Both the position numbers and the translations under genes were made by a program. A stretch of DNA of 64,000 bases from Bacillota bacterium (GTDB taxonomy: Bacteria > Bacillota_I > Bacilli_A > RF39 > UBA660): assembly GCA_015059195.1 (NCBI GenBank), contig SVAW01000001.1, forward strand, positions 145,575-209,574. The letters are read 5' to 3'. The notes beneath the pieces were generated by a model that made no database searches, was not told the origin of the DNA, and worked only from the letters and a program-made list of their open reading frames with translations. Shown piece after piece: positions 35,611 to 46,155 of this stretch (positions are counted from its first letter, which is position 1; every line of letters starts with the position of its first letter).

Positions 35611-36290
35611 AAAAAGAAGATATTGCTAAAGTAGTATTAATGCCTGGAGATCCACTTCGTGCAAAAATGATTGCTGAAACTTTTTTAGAAAATCCAAGAC
35701 TTGTAAATCAGGTGCGTAATATTTATGCATATACTGGGACATATAAAGGCAAAGAGGTAACAGTAATGGCATCAGGGATGGGCATGCCAAGCATGGGAAT
35801 TTATTCGTATGAACTTTTTAAATTCTATGATGTAGATAGTATTATTCGTGTTGGTTCTGCTGGAGCTTATACTAAAGATTTAAATTTATATGACGTAATT
35901 TTAGTTAATGCATCTTACTCAGATTCGAGTTATGCTAAAGTACAGAGTGGTAATGAAGATGTAATTTTACATGCTTCAAGTAATTTAAATTTTTATTTAC
36001 AAGATGCAGCTAATAATCTAAATATTCCACTTACTATTGCAAATATCTATAGTACTGATGTTTTTTATAAAAAAGAAGATAATTATAAAGAGTTATATAA
36101 TAAATATGGATGTTTAGCGGTAGATATGGAATCCTTTGCTTTATTTCAAAATGCCAATCTTTTAAATAAAAAAGCAGCATGTTTACTGACTATTTCTGAT
36201 AATCTAGAAACAAAAGAGGAAACTACTTCGTTAGAACGTCAGAATTCATTTAAAAAAATGATTGAAATTGCTTTAGAATCGATATTATAA
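35589..36290 (+). CDS. deoD: purine nucleoside phosphorylase, DeoD type
   Basis: MTPHIEAKKEDIAKVVLMPGDPLRAK and GMGMPSMGIYSYELF motifs. Confidence 0.9.
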   Translation: MTPHIEAKKEDIAKVVLMPGDPLRAKMIAETFLENPRLVNQVRNIYAYTGTYKGKEVTVMASGMGMPSMGIYSYELFKFYDVDSIIRVGSAGAYTKDLNLYDVILVNASYSDSSYAKVQSGNEDVILHASSNLNFYLQDAANNLNIPLTIANIYSTDVFYKKEDNYKELYNKYGCLAVDMESFALFQNANLLNKKAACLLTISDNLETKEETTSLERQNSFKKMIEIALESIL

Positions 36291-36329
36291 AATATCGATT
36301 TTAACGTATAATAAGAAAGAGGTGAACCT

Positions 36330-37598
36330 ATGAATTATAAAAAATATGACTTACTTTCATATCAACTTCATTGTGTGAAAATAGATAAATTTAGAAAATC
36401 ACAAATAACTATTAATTTTAAGCGAAAGGTGCGAAAAGAAGAAATTACTTTGCGTACTCTGTTATCAAAAGTTTTAACAGAATCTAGCAAAACCTATCCT
36501 AATAGTAGAAAAATTGCTATCGAGACCGAAAACTTATATAATGCTTCATTTGGTGCTGGCTCGTATATTTCGGGTAATTATTCGGTTATTAGCTTTGACT
36601 GCATGTTTTTAAATGATGAGTGGATAGAGGATAATTTGTTTGAAAAAAGTGTAGGTTTCTTGTTGGAACTTATAATGAATCCACATGTTGAAGATGGGAA
36701 GTTCTTTGAAAAAAGTTTTAACCTAGCTAAGGCATCATTAGAACAAGAAATTAAGTCTATTAAAGATAATCCAAACCAATATGGAGCAATCAGATTATAT
36801 GAAGAAATTGACGCTAACTCTGTAGCTTCGTATAATGGAATCGGTTACTTAGAAGATTTAGAAAAGATTACTGCAAGAGATTTATACGAGTATTATAAAA
36901 CAATGCTTACAAATGATTTAGTAGATGTCTTTATTATTTCACCGAAAGAACCCGAAGACGTTAAAGAAATGTTTGGTTCTAAATTTAAACTAAATGTATT
37001 AAAAAAACAAGGTGAAAGCCATTTCGTTTTATATAACAAATATCGCAAGAGAAACAAGATTGTTCATGAACAAAGTAATTTTAAACAAAGCCAGATTTTG
37101 GTAGCTTGTAAATTTGATGAATTAACTGATTTTGAAAGAAAATATGTTAGTACTATTTATTCATATATATTAGGTGGAGGCCCTTCATCTAAATTATTTG
37201 CAACTGTAAGAGAGGAAAATTCTCTTTGTTATTCAATTTCTAGCTCTTTTAAAGGGATATACCAGTTTTTAATTATATCTGCAGGAATTGATGCAAAAGA
37301 TTTTAAAAAGTGTTTAAGACTTATCAAGCAGGAATTAAAAAATATGGCTCAAGGAAAATTTGAAGCAGAAAAAATTGATGAAGCTAAAATCACTTATCTT
37401 AATAGTTTTAAAGAACTAAAAGATTCGCCGTCTAGAATATTAGGCACTTATGTGAGTCATGAATATTTAAATTCAGACTTAATTGATGAAAGAGAAGAAA
37501 AAATTAAACAAGTTACTAAAGACATGATTATAGAATTTGCTAAAAAATTACATGTTGATACAGTTTATGTATTAGAGGGAAGTGATGATGATGAATAA
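36330..37598 (+). CDS. M16-family peptidase-like protein (no HxxEH motif; probably the non-catalytic partner)
   Basis: ~420 aa with insulinase-like layout, paired with and overlapping the next M16 gene (a YmfF/YmfH-like pair). Confidence 0.7.
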   Translation: MNYKKYDLLSYQLHCVKIDKFRKSQITINFKRKVRKEEITLRTLLSKVLTESSKTYPNSRKIAIETENLYNASFGAGSYISGNYSVISFDCMFLNDEWIEDNLFEKSVGFLLELIMNPHVEDGKFFEKSFNLAKASLEQEIKSIKDNPNQYGAIRLYEEIDANSVASYNGIGYLEDLEKITARDLYEYYKTMLTNDLVDVFIISPKEPEDVKEMFGSKFKLNVLKKQGESHFVLYNKYRKRNKIVHEQSNFKQSQILVACKFDELTDFERKYVSTIYSYILGGGPSSKLFATVREENSLCYSISSSFKGIYQFLIISAGIDAKDFKKCLRLIKQELKNMAQGKFEAEKIDEAKITYLNSFKELKDSPSRILGTYVSHEYLNSDLIDEREEKIKQVTKDMIIEFAKKLHVDTVYVLEGSDDDE

Positions 37599-38874
37599 GA
37601 TTGAACTTAGTCACTTAGGATATACTGTTTATCATGAAAAATTAGAAAACGGACTAAATGTATATGTTCTTCCTAAAAATGATGTTAACAACATATATAC
37701 TACATTCACTACTAATTACGGTTCGAATGAAGTAGAGTTTATTCCTATAGGGGAAAAGAAGATGATAAAGGTGCCATTAGGGATTGCGCACTTTTTAGAA
37801 CACAAAATGTTTGAACAAGAAAACGGGGAAGATCCTTTCAAGTTTTTTGGTGAACGTGGTAGTGATGCTAATGCAAATACTAATTATTTTAAAACCACAT
37901 ATTTATTCTCTGGGCCAGAGTTTTTTGATGATAACATGAATTTTTTATTAGATTATGTTCAATCGCCTCATTTTACTGATCAGAATGTTGAAAAAGAAAA
38001 AGGTATTATAGAACAAGAAATTAAAATGTATCAAGATAATCCTTATTCAAGAATGTATGAAGCTATTCTGGCTAACTCTCTAACAAATAATCCTATGAAA
38101 AATCCGGTTATCGGCAATATTAAAAGTATAAAACAAATAACAAAGGAAGATCTATACGCTTGTTACAACACTTTTTATCATCCATCAAATATGTTTGTAG
38201 TTGTTACTGGTAATGTTGAACCTACCCAAGTTTTTGACTTAATTAAAGAAAATCAAGCAAAAAAAGAGTTCCCTAAGGAACAGTCAATAGTTATAAAAGA
38301 TTTTAAAGAACCTGATACCGTGAAGAAAAAAGAAGAAGTAATAAATATGTCGGTAACTATTCCTAAAGTTGCGATTGCCTATAAAATAAACTGTAATAAG
38401 ATTAAAGGATATGAACCAAGGCGGGTACGTCAATATTTATCATTATTTTTTGATATAAAATTTGGTGCAACATCAATAATAAACGAAGAGTTGCGAGAAA
38501 CAGAAGTTGTTACAGATTCTATAAACGGATTTACTATAGATGCTATTTCGCATAGTATCGGAGGCGTAATTGCTGAAACAAAGCATTCAGAAGAGTTTTT
38601 AAAATCAGTAAAACAGGAAATAACTAAAAGGAATGTTTCCGAAGAGGATTTTGAAAGAAAGAAGAAGACAATGATTAGCTCACTATTATTTATGAGTGAT
38701 AATATATTTGGCTTAAATAATAATCTAGTTCATTATTTAAATAGGTATCAGGAAATTATTGATAATATTTATGATGAAATTAAGAGTCTGAATATAAAAG
38801 AATTTAATGATATTATTGAACAGTTAGATTTCAATAACTATAATACAGTTATCATAAAATCAAAGGATGCTTAA
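37585..38874 (+). CDS. M16-family zinc peptidase (insulinase-like)
   Basis: Inverted zinc motif HFLEH (GIAHFLEHKMFE). Confidence 0.8.
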   Translation: MMMNKIELSHLGYTVYHEKLENGLNVYVLPKNDVNNIYTTFTTNYGSNEVEFIPIGEKKMIKVPLGIAHFLEHKMFEQENGEDPFKFFGERGSDANANTNYFKTTYLFSGPEFFDDNMNFLLDYVQSPHFTDQNVEKEKGIIEQEIKMYQDNPYSRMYEAILANSLTNNPMKNPVIGNIKSIKQITKEDLYACYNTFYHPSNMFVVVTGNVEPTQVFDLIKENQAKKEFPKEQSIVIKDFKEPDTVKKKEEVINMSVTIPKVAIAYKINCNKIKGYEPRRVRQYLSLFFDIKFGATSIINEELRETEVVTDSINGFTIDAISHSIGGVIAETKHSEEFLKSVKQEITKRNVSEEDFERKKKTMISSLLFMSDNIFGLNNNLVHYLNRYQEIIDNIYDEIKSLNIKEFNDIIEQLDFNNYNTVIIKSKDA

Positions 38875-38886
38875 AGCATCCTTTTT
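38863..38886 (+). terminator. intrinsic terminator
   Basis: AAGGATGCT-taa-AGCATCCTT plus T-run; includes the stop codon. Confidence 0.7.
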
Positions 38887-38958
38887 AAAATTATAAATTT
38901 GTAAAAACGTATTTAAAATTTAATTGATATGGTTTATAATAAGTTTGTTGGTGAGACT

Positions 38959-39795
38959 ATGGAAGACAGATACAAGGATATAGAAAAGAGTATAATTAAA
39001 AAATATCGTAAGCAAATATGGGCAAGATTTGTAAAAGCGATTAATGAATACCAATTGATTAGTGAAAATGATAGAATCGCTGTGTGTATTTCTGGTGGCA
39101 AAGACTCATTTTTAATGGCAAAATGTTTTCAAGAAATTCAAAGACATGGCAAAATGAATTTCGATTTAGTTTTTTTGGTAATGAATCCCGGATATAATGA
39201 GAAAAATTTAAATAAAATAAAAGAAAATGCAGAACTTATGAATATTCCAATTGAAATGTTTGATAGCGGTATATTTGAATATGTGAATACTTTGGAAGAA
39301 GGTTCGCCTTGTTACTTGTGTGCGAGGATGAGAAGGGGTAACTTATATAGTAAAGCTAAAGAATTAGGGTGCAACAAAATAGCTTTAGGACACCATTATG
39401 ATGATGTGTTAGAAACTATTCTTTTGAATATATTTTATGGCGGAGAGATAAAAACCATGCTTCCTAAATTACATAGTACTAATTTTGATGGTATGGAATT
39501 AATTAGACCCATGTATTTAGTAAAAGAAAAAGATATTAAAGCCTGGGTAAATTTTAATGATTTGGAGTTTTTAAATTGTGCTTGTAAGTTTACTGAAGAA
39601 AACTATCAACAAATAGAAACTAATTCTAAGCGATTAGAAATGAAAAGGCTTATTGAAGGTTTACGAAAAACAAGTCCTTATATTGAGGATAGTTTGTTTA
39701 AAAGCGTCGATAATATTAACTTAAATGCAGTAATGGGCTATAAAAAAGACGGACAAAAATATAGTTTTTTAGATGATTATGAATCGAAAAAATAA
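38959..39795 (+). CDS. PP-loop ATPase, TtcA-like tRNA thiolation enzyme
   Basis: SGGKDS PP-loop plus cysteine motifs SPCYLCARMRRG and CACKF. Confidence 0.75.
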   Translation: MEDRYKDIEKSIIKKYRKQIWARFVKAINEYQLISENDRIAVCISGGKDSFLMAKCFQEIQRHGKMNFDLVFLVMNPGYNEKNLNKIKENAELMNIPIEMFDSGIFEYVNTLEEGSPCYLCARMRRGNLYSKAKELGCNKIALGHHYDDVLETILLNIFYGGEIKTMLPKLHSTNFDGMELIRPMYLVKEKDIKAWVNFNDLEFLNCACKFTEENYQQIETNSKRLEMKRLIEGLRKTSPYIEDSLFKSVDNINLNAVMGYKKDGQKYSFLDDYESKK

Positions 39796-39797
39796 GG

Positions 39798-39820
39798 CCT
39801 AATTTTTAAAATTAGGTTTT
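39798..39820 (+). terminator. intrinsic terminator
   Basis: CCTAATTT-tta-AAATTAGG plus TTTT. Confidence 0.6.
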
Positions 39821-39893
39821 GGTTTTGTAGCTAGCCTTGTTTGTTGCGTTATAATATGAATTATGATATCCTATAAAATAGGAGGTATATGCA

Positions 39894-40220
39894 ATGAATC
39901 TTATAACAATAATTTTATTTATATTAATAGTTTTGTTTTTTATAGTATGCAATCTTAATAAAAATCACAAAATAAACAGTAGCGATAATATAAAAACAGG
40001 CAAAGAAGGTTTTGATGTCAAAAAGTTATTATATGGAATAATTCTTTTTATACCTATATTTATAGCATACTATTTTTTAATAGCATTTGTATCACTTATT
40101 CCATTATTTTATATAGCAGGACCTGAAAGTGGTGCTTGGGCTTACGCAATAGTATTGGGATTTGCAGGTTCACTTATACTTACCATTATAACTTTAATAA
40201 AAATATTGTCTAAAAAATAG
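39894..40220 (+). CDS. small integral membrane protein (3 predicted TM)
   Basis: Strong SD AGGAGG; hydrophobic segments. Confidence 0.5.
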   Translation: MNLITIILFILIVLFFIVCNLNKNHKINSSDNIKTGKEGFDVKKLLYGIILFIPIFIAYYFLIAFVSLIPLFYIAGPESGAWAYAIVLGFAGSLILTIITLIKILSKK

Positions 40221-40380
40221 GAAGAAGCTAGTTAAACTAGTTTTTCTTTTGTAAAAATTTTGGCCTTATTGGGTATTAAAACTATCATCTAAAATAATAT
40301 TAAGAAAATTTTCAAAGGCAACCGCGTTTGACGTTTAAAAATAATAATTTCTGACCATGATAAAATGGAAGGAGGCCAAA

Positions 40381-41157
40381 ATGGCACGTCATAAAGTTGA
40401 GATTTGTGGCGTGAATACTGCGAATATAAAGGTTTTGACAAATGAAGAAATGGTTGCTTTGTTTAGAAAATTTCAAGATGGAGATTTAATGGCAAAAGAA
40501 GAGTTAGTCAATGGTAATTTGAAATTGGTTTTATCCATTCTTCGTAAATATAACAATAGAACAGACAATATGGATGATTTATTTCAAGTAGGATGCATTG
40601 GTCTTATAAAGGCTATAGATAATTTTGATTTAAATCATGAAGTAAAATTTTCTACATATGCAGTTCCTATGATTTTAGGTGAAGTAAAGAGATACTTGCG
40701 TGATAATAGTAGTGTAAGAATTGCAAGAAGTATCAAAGATACCGCATATCAAGCGATGAAAATCAAAGAGGAATTAACCAATAAATATGGGCGGGAACCG
40801 AAGATTTCGGATATCGCAAAAGAGTTGAATATTACAGAGTTTGAAGTAGTTAATGCTCTTGAAGCTATGCGGGAAACAATTAGTATGTATGAACCTATTT
40901 ATAATGATGGCGGGGATACCATTTATCTAGCAGATCAACTTCAAGATAAAAGCGATACTTTATATGATAAAGAAACAAAAATATCTTTAAAAGATGCTAT
41001 AAATAAATTAAAAGATAAAGAAAAAGATATTATATTAGAGCGTTATATTATTGGCAAAACCCAGATGGAACTAGCTGAAGAAATTGGAATTTCTCAGGCT
41101 CAAATTTCTAGGCTAGAAAAAAGTGGTTTAGAAAGTTTGAAGAAAATGATATTGTGA
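40381..41157 (+). CDS. sigG: sporulation sigma factor SigG
   Basis: MARHKVEICGVNTANIKVLTNEEM, NGNLKLVLSILRKYNNR, DDLFQVGCIGLIKAIDNFDL, KFSTYAVPMILGEVKRYLRDN and GISQAQISRLEK follow B. subtilis SigG. SD GGAGG before ATG 40381. Confidence 0.9.
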   Translation: MARHKVEICGVNTANIKVLTNEEMVALFRKFQDGDLMAKEELVNGNLKLVLSILRKYNNRTDNMDDLFQVGCIGLIKAIDNFDLNHEVKFSTYAVPMILGEVKRYLRDNSSVRIARSIKDTAYQAMKIKEELTNKYGREPKISDIAKELNITEFEVVNALEAMRETISMYEPIYNDGGDTIYLADQLQDKSDTLYDKETKISLKDAINKLKDKEKDIILERYIIGKTQMELAEEIGISQAQISRLEKSGLESLKKMIL

Positions 41158-41190
41158 ATATCATTTTTTGTTATACATAAGTTTAAATAG

Positions 41191-41430
41191 GTGGTGTTAG
41201 TGAGACTTTCTGATTTACAACACAAAGATGTTATAAATATTATTGATGGTAGTAAGGTTGGTAATATAATTGATATTAAAATTGATTCAAATGGCAATAT
41301 GGAAGGGCTGGTTGTAGAAAAAAGTAAATTTTTTATTTCTATGTTTTCAACTAAAGATGAATTAGAAATAAAATGGAATCAAATTGAAAAGATAGGGGAG
41401 GATGTTATTCTTGTTAACGTAAAGCTTTGA
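41191..41430 (+). CDS. YlmC/YmxH-family PRC-barrel sporulation protein
   Basis: LSDLQHKDVINIIDGSKVGNIIDIKID...IKWNQIEKIGEDVILV; typical partner downstream of sigG. Start could be GTG 41200. Confidence 0.75.
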   Translation: MVLVRLSDLQHKDVINIIDGSKVGNIIDIKIDSNGNMEGLVVEKSKFFISMFSTKDELEIKWNQIEKIGEDVILVNVKL

Positions 41431-41458
41431 TGGTATAATATAATTAGGAGTTGAAGTT

Positions 41459-42487
41459 ATGAAGAAAATAAAAATCAATATGCTATCTATGGCGGATAAA
41501 GTTGATGGGCAAGGTGTAGGAAGTGCTTATTTGGAACAAGTGGAATTAGTAAAATCTTCTCCCAAATTTGAAGTTCTAATTAATAGTAAGGAAAAAACGG
41601 ATATTGTTCATTCACACACAATAGAACCAAAAAATTATTTGAAGATGAAATTTAATAAGGGTGTTAATGTTGCTTATTGTCACTTTTTGCCAGAAACGCT
41701 GGATGGAAGTATTAAATTACCAAGGTTATTTTTTAATATTTTTAAAAAATATGTAGTGAGTTTTTATAAACAAGCGGATTATTTGGTAGTAGTAAATCCA
41801 ATCTTTATTGATGATTTAGCTCGTCATGGCGTTAAACGTGAAAAAATCAAATATATTCCTAATTATGTTTCAAAAGAACAGTTTTTTAAGAAAAGTAAAA
41901 AAGAAGTTAAAGAAATTCGTCAAAGATATGAGATAGATAATGATAAATTTGTAGTACTAGGGGTTGGACAAGTACAAACTCGTAAAGGTGTATTAGATTT
42001 TATAGAGGTGGCTAAAAAATTGCCTGATATGCAATTTGTTTGGTGTGGTGGATTTTCATTTGGTGCAATTACCGATGGATACGAAGAATTAAAAAAGGTA
42101 TATGAGAACCCTCCTAAAAATGTTAAATTTTTAGGTATTATTCCAAGGGAACAAATGAATGATATGTATAATATGGCTGATGTATTATTTATGCCTTCTT
42201 ATAATGAGCTATTTCCAATGTCTATATTGGAGGCGGTAAATAGTGAAAAGCCACTATTGTTAAGAGATTTAGATTTGTATAAAGATATTCTTTTTAAAAA
42301 GTATATTAGTGGAAAGAATAATAAACAATTTGTGACGCAACTAAAAAAATTAGAAGATGATAAAGCTTTCTATAAAGAAGAGAGTATTCATTCTAAAGAA
42401 ATTAATCAATTTTATAGTAAAGAAAATGTATTAAAAATTTGGGAAGAATTTTATACTGGGATTGTTGGAAATAAGATTCAAGATTAA
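41459..42487 (+). CDS. GT4-family glycosyltransferase
   Basis: GT-B layout with C-terminal NELFPMSILEA (EX7E-like) motif. Confidence 0.7.
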   Translation: MKKIKINMLSMADKVDGQGVGSAYLEQVELVKSSPKFEVLINSKEKTDIVHSHTIEPKNYLKMKFNKGVNVAYCHFLPETLDGSIKLPRLFFNIFKKYVVSFYKQADYLVVVNPIFIDDLARHGVKREKIKYIPNYVSKEQFFKKSKKEVKEIRQRYEIDNDKFVVLGVGQVQTRKGVLDFIEVAKKLPDMQFVWCGGFSFGAITDGYEELKKVYENPPKNVKFLGIIPREQMNDMYNMADVLFMPSYNELFPMSILEAVNSEKPLLLRDLDLYKDILFKKYISGKNNKQFVTQLKKLEDDKAFYKEESIHSKEINQFYSKENVLKIWEEFYTGIVGNKIQD

Positions 42488-42509
42488 AGACGCCGCAAGG
42501 TGTCTTTTT
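42486..42509 (+). terminator. intrinsic terminator (GNRA loop)
   Basis: AAAGACGCC-gcaa-GGTGTCTTT plus T-run. Confidence 0.7.
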
Positions 42510-42544
42510 ATGTTAATTTATGTTATAATTAATTGGGTGATATT

Positions 42545-44074
42545 ATGTCAGACCAAAAAGGAAGTTTGAAAGATAGATTGCGTTCTTGGAATATATTTTT
42601 AAGATATCGCTTAAACGTAGCTAAGAAAAAACAACAAGAAAAAAATAGAAAAAAAGCTATTAAAAGAGAAGAACAGAAAAGAGTACAAATGGTTGCAAGT
42701 GGCAAATACTATAGTAAACCTAAAATATTTGGAATAACTCTTGTTGGACTATTTTTTGGAATCTTTGAGAGCAAGATAGATAAACATGCTAAGATAGAAC
42801 AACTGGAATCTGAAATTAATGATTTGGATCAAAATATTAATAAAATAAATAGTGATAAAGAATTCAGAGACCTAGAGAAAAGAATAGTAATTATAAAATC
42901 TAAAAACAGATTCAATGATTCTATTATCCAACGATTAAATGCCTGTGGAATAAAATTAGAGAATATTAAAAGAAAACAAGTTCCCACAAATAAACGTGAA
43001 CGTGAATTAGGTCAGATGGATAAAAATGCTTTAAGCGCAGTATATACTCCTGTTTTAGAAATCAAAGTAATGAATAAGGAATTAAAGGGGTATAATAAAA
43101 AGCTTAAGGAAATAAACGCTAAAATTAAGGCTACTACAGCATATAACAGTTTATACGAGTTGGAATTTGAAATAAAACAATTAAAGATTAAAATTAATGA
43201 TTTATTGAATAAATATCATAACCTTAAAGAATTACCTGGATTTGATAATTTACAGAATGTTTTAGATATTTCAGAAATAGATTTGTTAGAATTAAGGTTT
43301 AATGCCAACTCGATTAATGCCCAAATAAAAATGTGTAATGAGTCCTTAGACGATATAGAGCAGAGGCGAAAACAGTTATTAGAACCAAAAATTAAAACTA
43401 AAGGTGCGCCTGAAAAGGATAAAAAGAAGGAAAAACACGAAAAAAAGAAAAACGAAGAAAAAAAGCAAGAATCCAAAAATGATGATAAATTATTGGAAGT
43501 TAAACTTGCTCAAAAAATTGTTTTAGATAGATTGATAATTGAGCAAAAGAATATCGAAAGGTTTCAAAAAAACTTGGTAAAGATGACTGTAAAAAAAAGA
43601 AGAAAGAGTATTCTTTCTTATGCTGGAGGAATTTTATCATCTATTATAAATTTTGGGTTAAGTTTATTTCCGATATCGTTGTTTAAAAATAAATTGATTG
43701 GTGGGCTTGTTAGTGGAATCATGGTTAATAATTCATTAAAGAGTATTAGAAAGGTATTGACACCAGAAACGGATACTGTTTATATTTTATTTAGTGATTT
43801 CGAAAAAGAATTATATAAAACTGAGGACTATCTAAACAGTATGGGATATATATGCAGTGATTCACTAAATCAAATAAACGAAATTAGATCTACCCTTGAT
43901 CATCAATATGGAAATGATATAGAATATAGTGATTTAATATCAAAATATTTACGAGATTTAGATCAAGTAGAAGCACAAATCCTAGCTGAACAAGAGATGA
44001 TTATGAATATGCAAGAGCAAATAACAGAGACAAAAGTAAGTAATAAACAAAAAATAAAAGATTTATATAATTAG
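42545..44074 (+). CDS. membrane-associated coiled-coil protein (unknown function)
   Basis: Basic N-terminus, TM ITLVGLFFGIF, long heptad-rich Lys/Glu region, second hydrophobic block ILSYAGGILSSIINFGLSLFPISLF. Confidence 0.55.
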   Translation: MSDQKGSLKDRLRSWNIFLRYRLNVAKKKQQEKNRKKAIKREEQKRVQMVASGKYYSKPKIFGITLVGLFFGIFESKIDKHAKIEQLESEINDLDQNINKINSDKEFRDLEKRIVIIKSKNRFNDSIIQRLNACGIKLENIKRKQVPTNKRERELGQMDKNALSAVYTPVLEIKVMNKELKGYNKKLKEINAKIKATTAYNSLYELEFEIKQLKIKINDLLNKYHNLKELPGFDNLQNVLDISEIDLLELRFNANSINAQIKMCNESLDDIEQRRKQLLEPKIKTKGAPEKDKKKEKHEKKKNEEKKQESKNDDKLLEVKLAQKIVLDRLIIEQKNIERFQKNLVKMTVKKRRKSILSYAGGILSSIINFGLSLFPISLFKNKLIGGLVSGIMVNNSLKSIRKVLTPETDTVYILFSDFEKELYKTEDYLNSMGYICSDSLNQINEIRSTLDHQYGNDIEYSDLISKYLRDLDQVEAQILAEQEMIMNMQEQITETKVSNKQKIKDLYN

Positions 44075-44114
44075 TGTTAATTGTTTTAATGCAAAAGATA
44101 ATAAGGGGATATAA

Positions 44115-44210
44115 ATGGATTATAGATATCAGACAAAGGATGAAGCAACAATTTCATTATCAAGAAATTTAAAAGAACTAACAGAATTAAGAACAAAAGT
44201 AGGTGAATAA
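44115..44210 (+). CDS. possible 31-aa small ORF coupled to rbgA
   Basis: SD GGGGA lies 6 nt before the ATG. Sequence MDYRYQTKDEATISLSRNLKELTELRTKVGE. Its stop TAA (44208-44210) abuts the rbgA ATG 44212, and the rbgA SD lies inside it. Confidence 0.25.
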   Translation: MDYRYQTKDEATISLSRNLKELTELRTKVGE

Positions 44211-44211
44211 C

Positions 44212-45081
44212 ATGAACGAAAATAAAACAAATATAAATTGGTATCCTGGCCATATGGCAAAAACCAAGAGATTGATTAGAGAAAATATAGACAAAATAGA
44301 TATAGTTTACGAGGTGGTGGATGCTAGAATTCCATATTCAACAAGAGTAAGGGAATTAGATGAGGCAATTCTAAATAAACCAAGAATAGTTATTTTTACT
44401 AAGATGGACTTATGTGATAAGTTAGAAACCGCAAAATGGGTTAGACATTATGAAAAACAAGGTGATTGTGTTATTACTTTAGATTTAGAACATAATCCTA
44501 ATTTAAAGTCATTGTTTGTAAAAACCAAGGAATTGATGGAAATAAAGAACCACAAACTAGTAGCTAAGGGAATGAAAGAAAGAAAGCCTAGAGTTTTAAT
44601 TATTGGGGTTCCTAATGCGGGCAAATCCACACTTATCAATCGTTTAGTTGGTAAAAAAGCTGTTAATGTCGGAAATAAACCAGGGGTAACAAAAGATCTA
44701 AATTGGATCAGAATTAATGAAGAAATTGAATTATTAGATACTCCAGGAATTTTGTGGCCAAAACTATCCCAAGATGTGGTTGCATTTAATCTAGCTTGTT
44801 TTACTGCTATTCGTGAAGAAATTTTACCAATCTATGAAGTTATTGAATATTTCCTTATTAATCTGTACAAATATTACCCTGAAAAATTACAAAGTCGTTA
44901 TGGACTAACAGAAATTGATGAAGATATTATTAATACTCTAGATTTAATTGGTAAAAGAAGAGGATGCCTTATTAAGGGTGGAGAGGTTGATTACGATAAG
45001 GTAATTCAAATTATTATGAGTGATATTAAAGATGGATTAATTAATAATATTACATTTGACAGGTTTGAGGAACTAGTATGA
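44212..45081 (+). CDS. rbgA: ribosome biogenesis GTPase A (YlqF/RbgA)
   Basis: NINWYPGHMAKTKR, circularly permuted G motifs (TKMDL, GVPNAGKSTLINRL, DTPGI). Confidence 0.9.
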   Translation: MNENKTNINWYPGHMAKTKRLIRENIDKIDIVYEVVDARIPYSTRVRELDEAILNKPRIVIFTKMDLCDKLETAKWVRHYEKQGDCVITLDLEHNPNLKSLFVKTKELMEIKNHKLVAKGMKERKPRVLIIGVPNAGKSTLINRLVGKKAVNVGNKPGVTKDLNWIRINEEIELLDTPGILWPKLSQDVVAFNLACFTAIREEILPIYEVIEYFLINLYKYYPEKLQSRYGLTEIDEDIINTLDLIGKRRGCLIKGGEVDYDKVIQIIMSDIKDGLINNITFDRFEELV

Positions 45082-45449
45082 TAGGAGAAATTAATTCACT
45101 TGCTCTAGCTTATATAGGGGATGCAGTTTATGAACTTTGTGTGCGTGAATATTTAATATCTAAAGGTTTGTGTAAGGTAAAAGAATTGCAACAAGAATCC
45201 ATTAAATATGTGAGCGCGAAAGGACAATACCAAATATTAAGTAAAATGATAGACGAACGCTTTTTTAACGATGAAGAATTAAATATGATTTTTAGAGCCA
45301 GAAATCATAAAATAGAACATCGGCCAAAAAGTTGTGATATAGCTACGTATAAATATGCGACAGGATTTGAAGCTATTATTGGGTATTTATACTTAAATAA
45401 AAATTATAATCGTATTAATGAAATAATGGATTACATAAGAGGTGAGTAA
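45078..45449 (+). CDS. mrnC: mini-ribonuclease III
   Basis: LALAYIGDAVYEL RNase III signature, ~120 aa, upstream of rlmB-sigH as in Bacillus. Confidence 0.85.
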   Translation: MIGEINSLALAYIGDAVYELCVREYLISKGLCKVKELQQESIKYVSAKGQYQILSKMIDERFFNDEELNMIFRARNHKIEHRPKSCDIATYKYATGFEAIIGYLYLNKNYNRINEIMDYIRGE

Positions 45450-45450
45450 C

Positions 45451-46155
45451 ATGTATGTATATGGTAAAAATGTAGCGAATGAAATTTTAAAAAATAGAAA
45501 AAAAATAAAAAAAGCATTTTTATATAAAGACTTTTCTGATAATAAAATTATAGAGAGTTTAAAATGTCAAAATGTTAGCACCAAATTTCTTTCAAAACTA
45601 GAATTAGATAAAATGGTGGATGGAAATCATCAAGGCATAATTATAGAAATTGAAGATTATCAATATTCAGATATTGAAGAATTATTGGTTAAAGAAGACC
45701 CGTTGTTAGTAATATTAGATCATTTGGAAGACCCACATAATTTTGGTGCAATTATTCGTACTTGTGAAGCTGCTGGTGTTGACGGAATCATAATTCCTAA
45801 AAATAGAAGTGTAGATGTTAATAGTACGGTAATGCGTACTAGTGTGGGAGCACTAGATAATGTAAAAGTAGCTCAAGTTACTAATTTAAAAAATACAATT
45901 AATTATTTAAAAAATAAAGGATTTTGGATTGTTGGAACAGATATGGATGGAACTAATTATCAAAAGATTGATTACAAAGGAAAAATTGCAATTGTCACTG
46001 GCAGTGAGGGCTTTGGAATGAGTAGAATTGTAAAAGAAGCATGTGATTTTATTGCAACAATTCCTATGAAAGGAAGTATTAATAGTTTAAATGCTAGCGT
46101 TGCAACTGCATTAGTGGTATATGAAGCTGTTAATCAAAGAGCAAATGAACTATAG
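45451..46155 (+). CDS. rlmB: 23S rRNA 2'-O-ribose G methyltransferase (SpoU/TrmH family, RlmB-like)
   Basis: DPHNFGAIIRT, GSEGFGMS and SLNASVA SpoU motifs. Confidence 0.85.
   Translation: MYVYGKNVANEILKNRKKIKKAFLYKDFSDNKIIESLKCQNVSTKFLSKLELDKMVDGNHQGIIIEIEDYQYSDIEELLVKEDPLLVILDHLEDPHNFGAIIRTCEAAGVDGIIIPKNRSVDVNSTVMRTSVGALDNVKVAQVTNLKNTINYLKNKGFWIVGTDMDGTNYQKIDYKGKIAIVTGSEGFGMSRIVKEACDFIATIPMKGSINSLNASVATALVVYEAVNQRANEL

Noticed and set aside
40333-40362. A forespore (sigma-F/G-type) promoter upstream of sigG (GTTTA, 18 nt, CATGATA)
   Set aside because: Each half-site has a mismatch to the GHATR / CAHWHTA consensus as I remember it. In AT-rich DNA such matches are expected by chance, so it is not reported as a feature.
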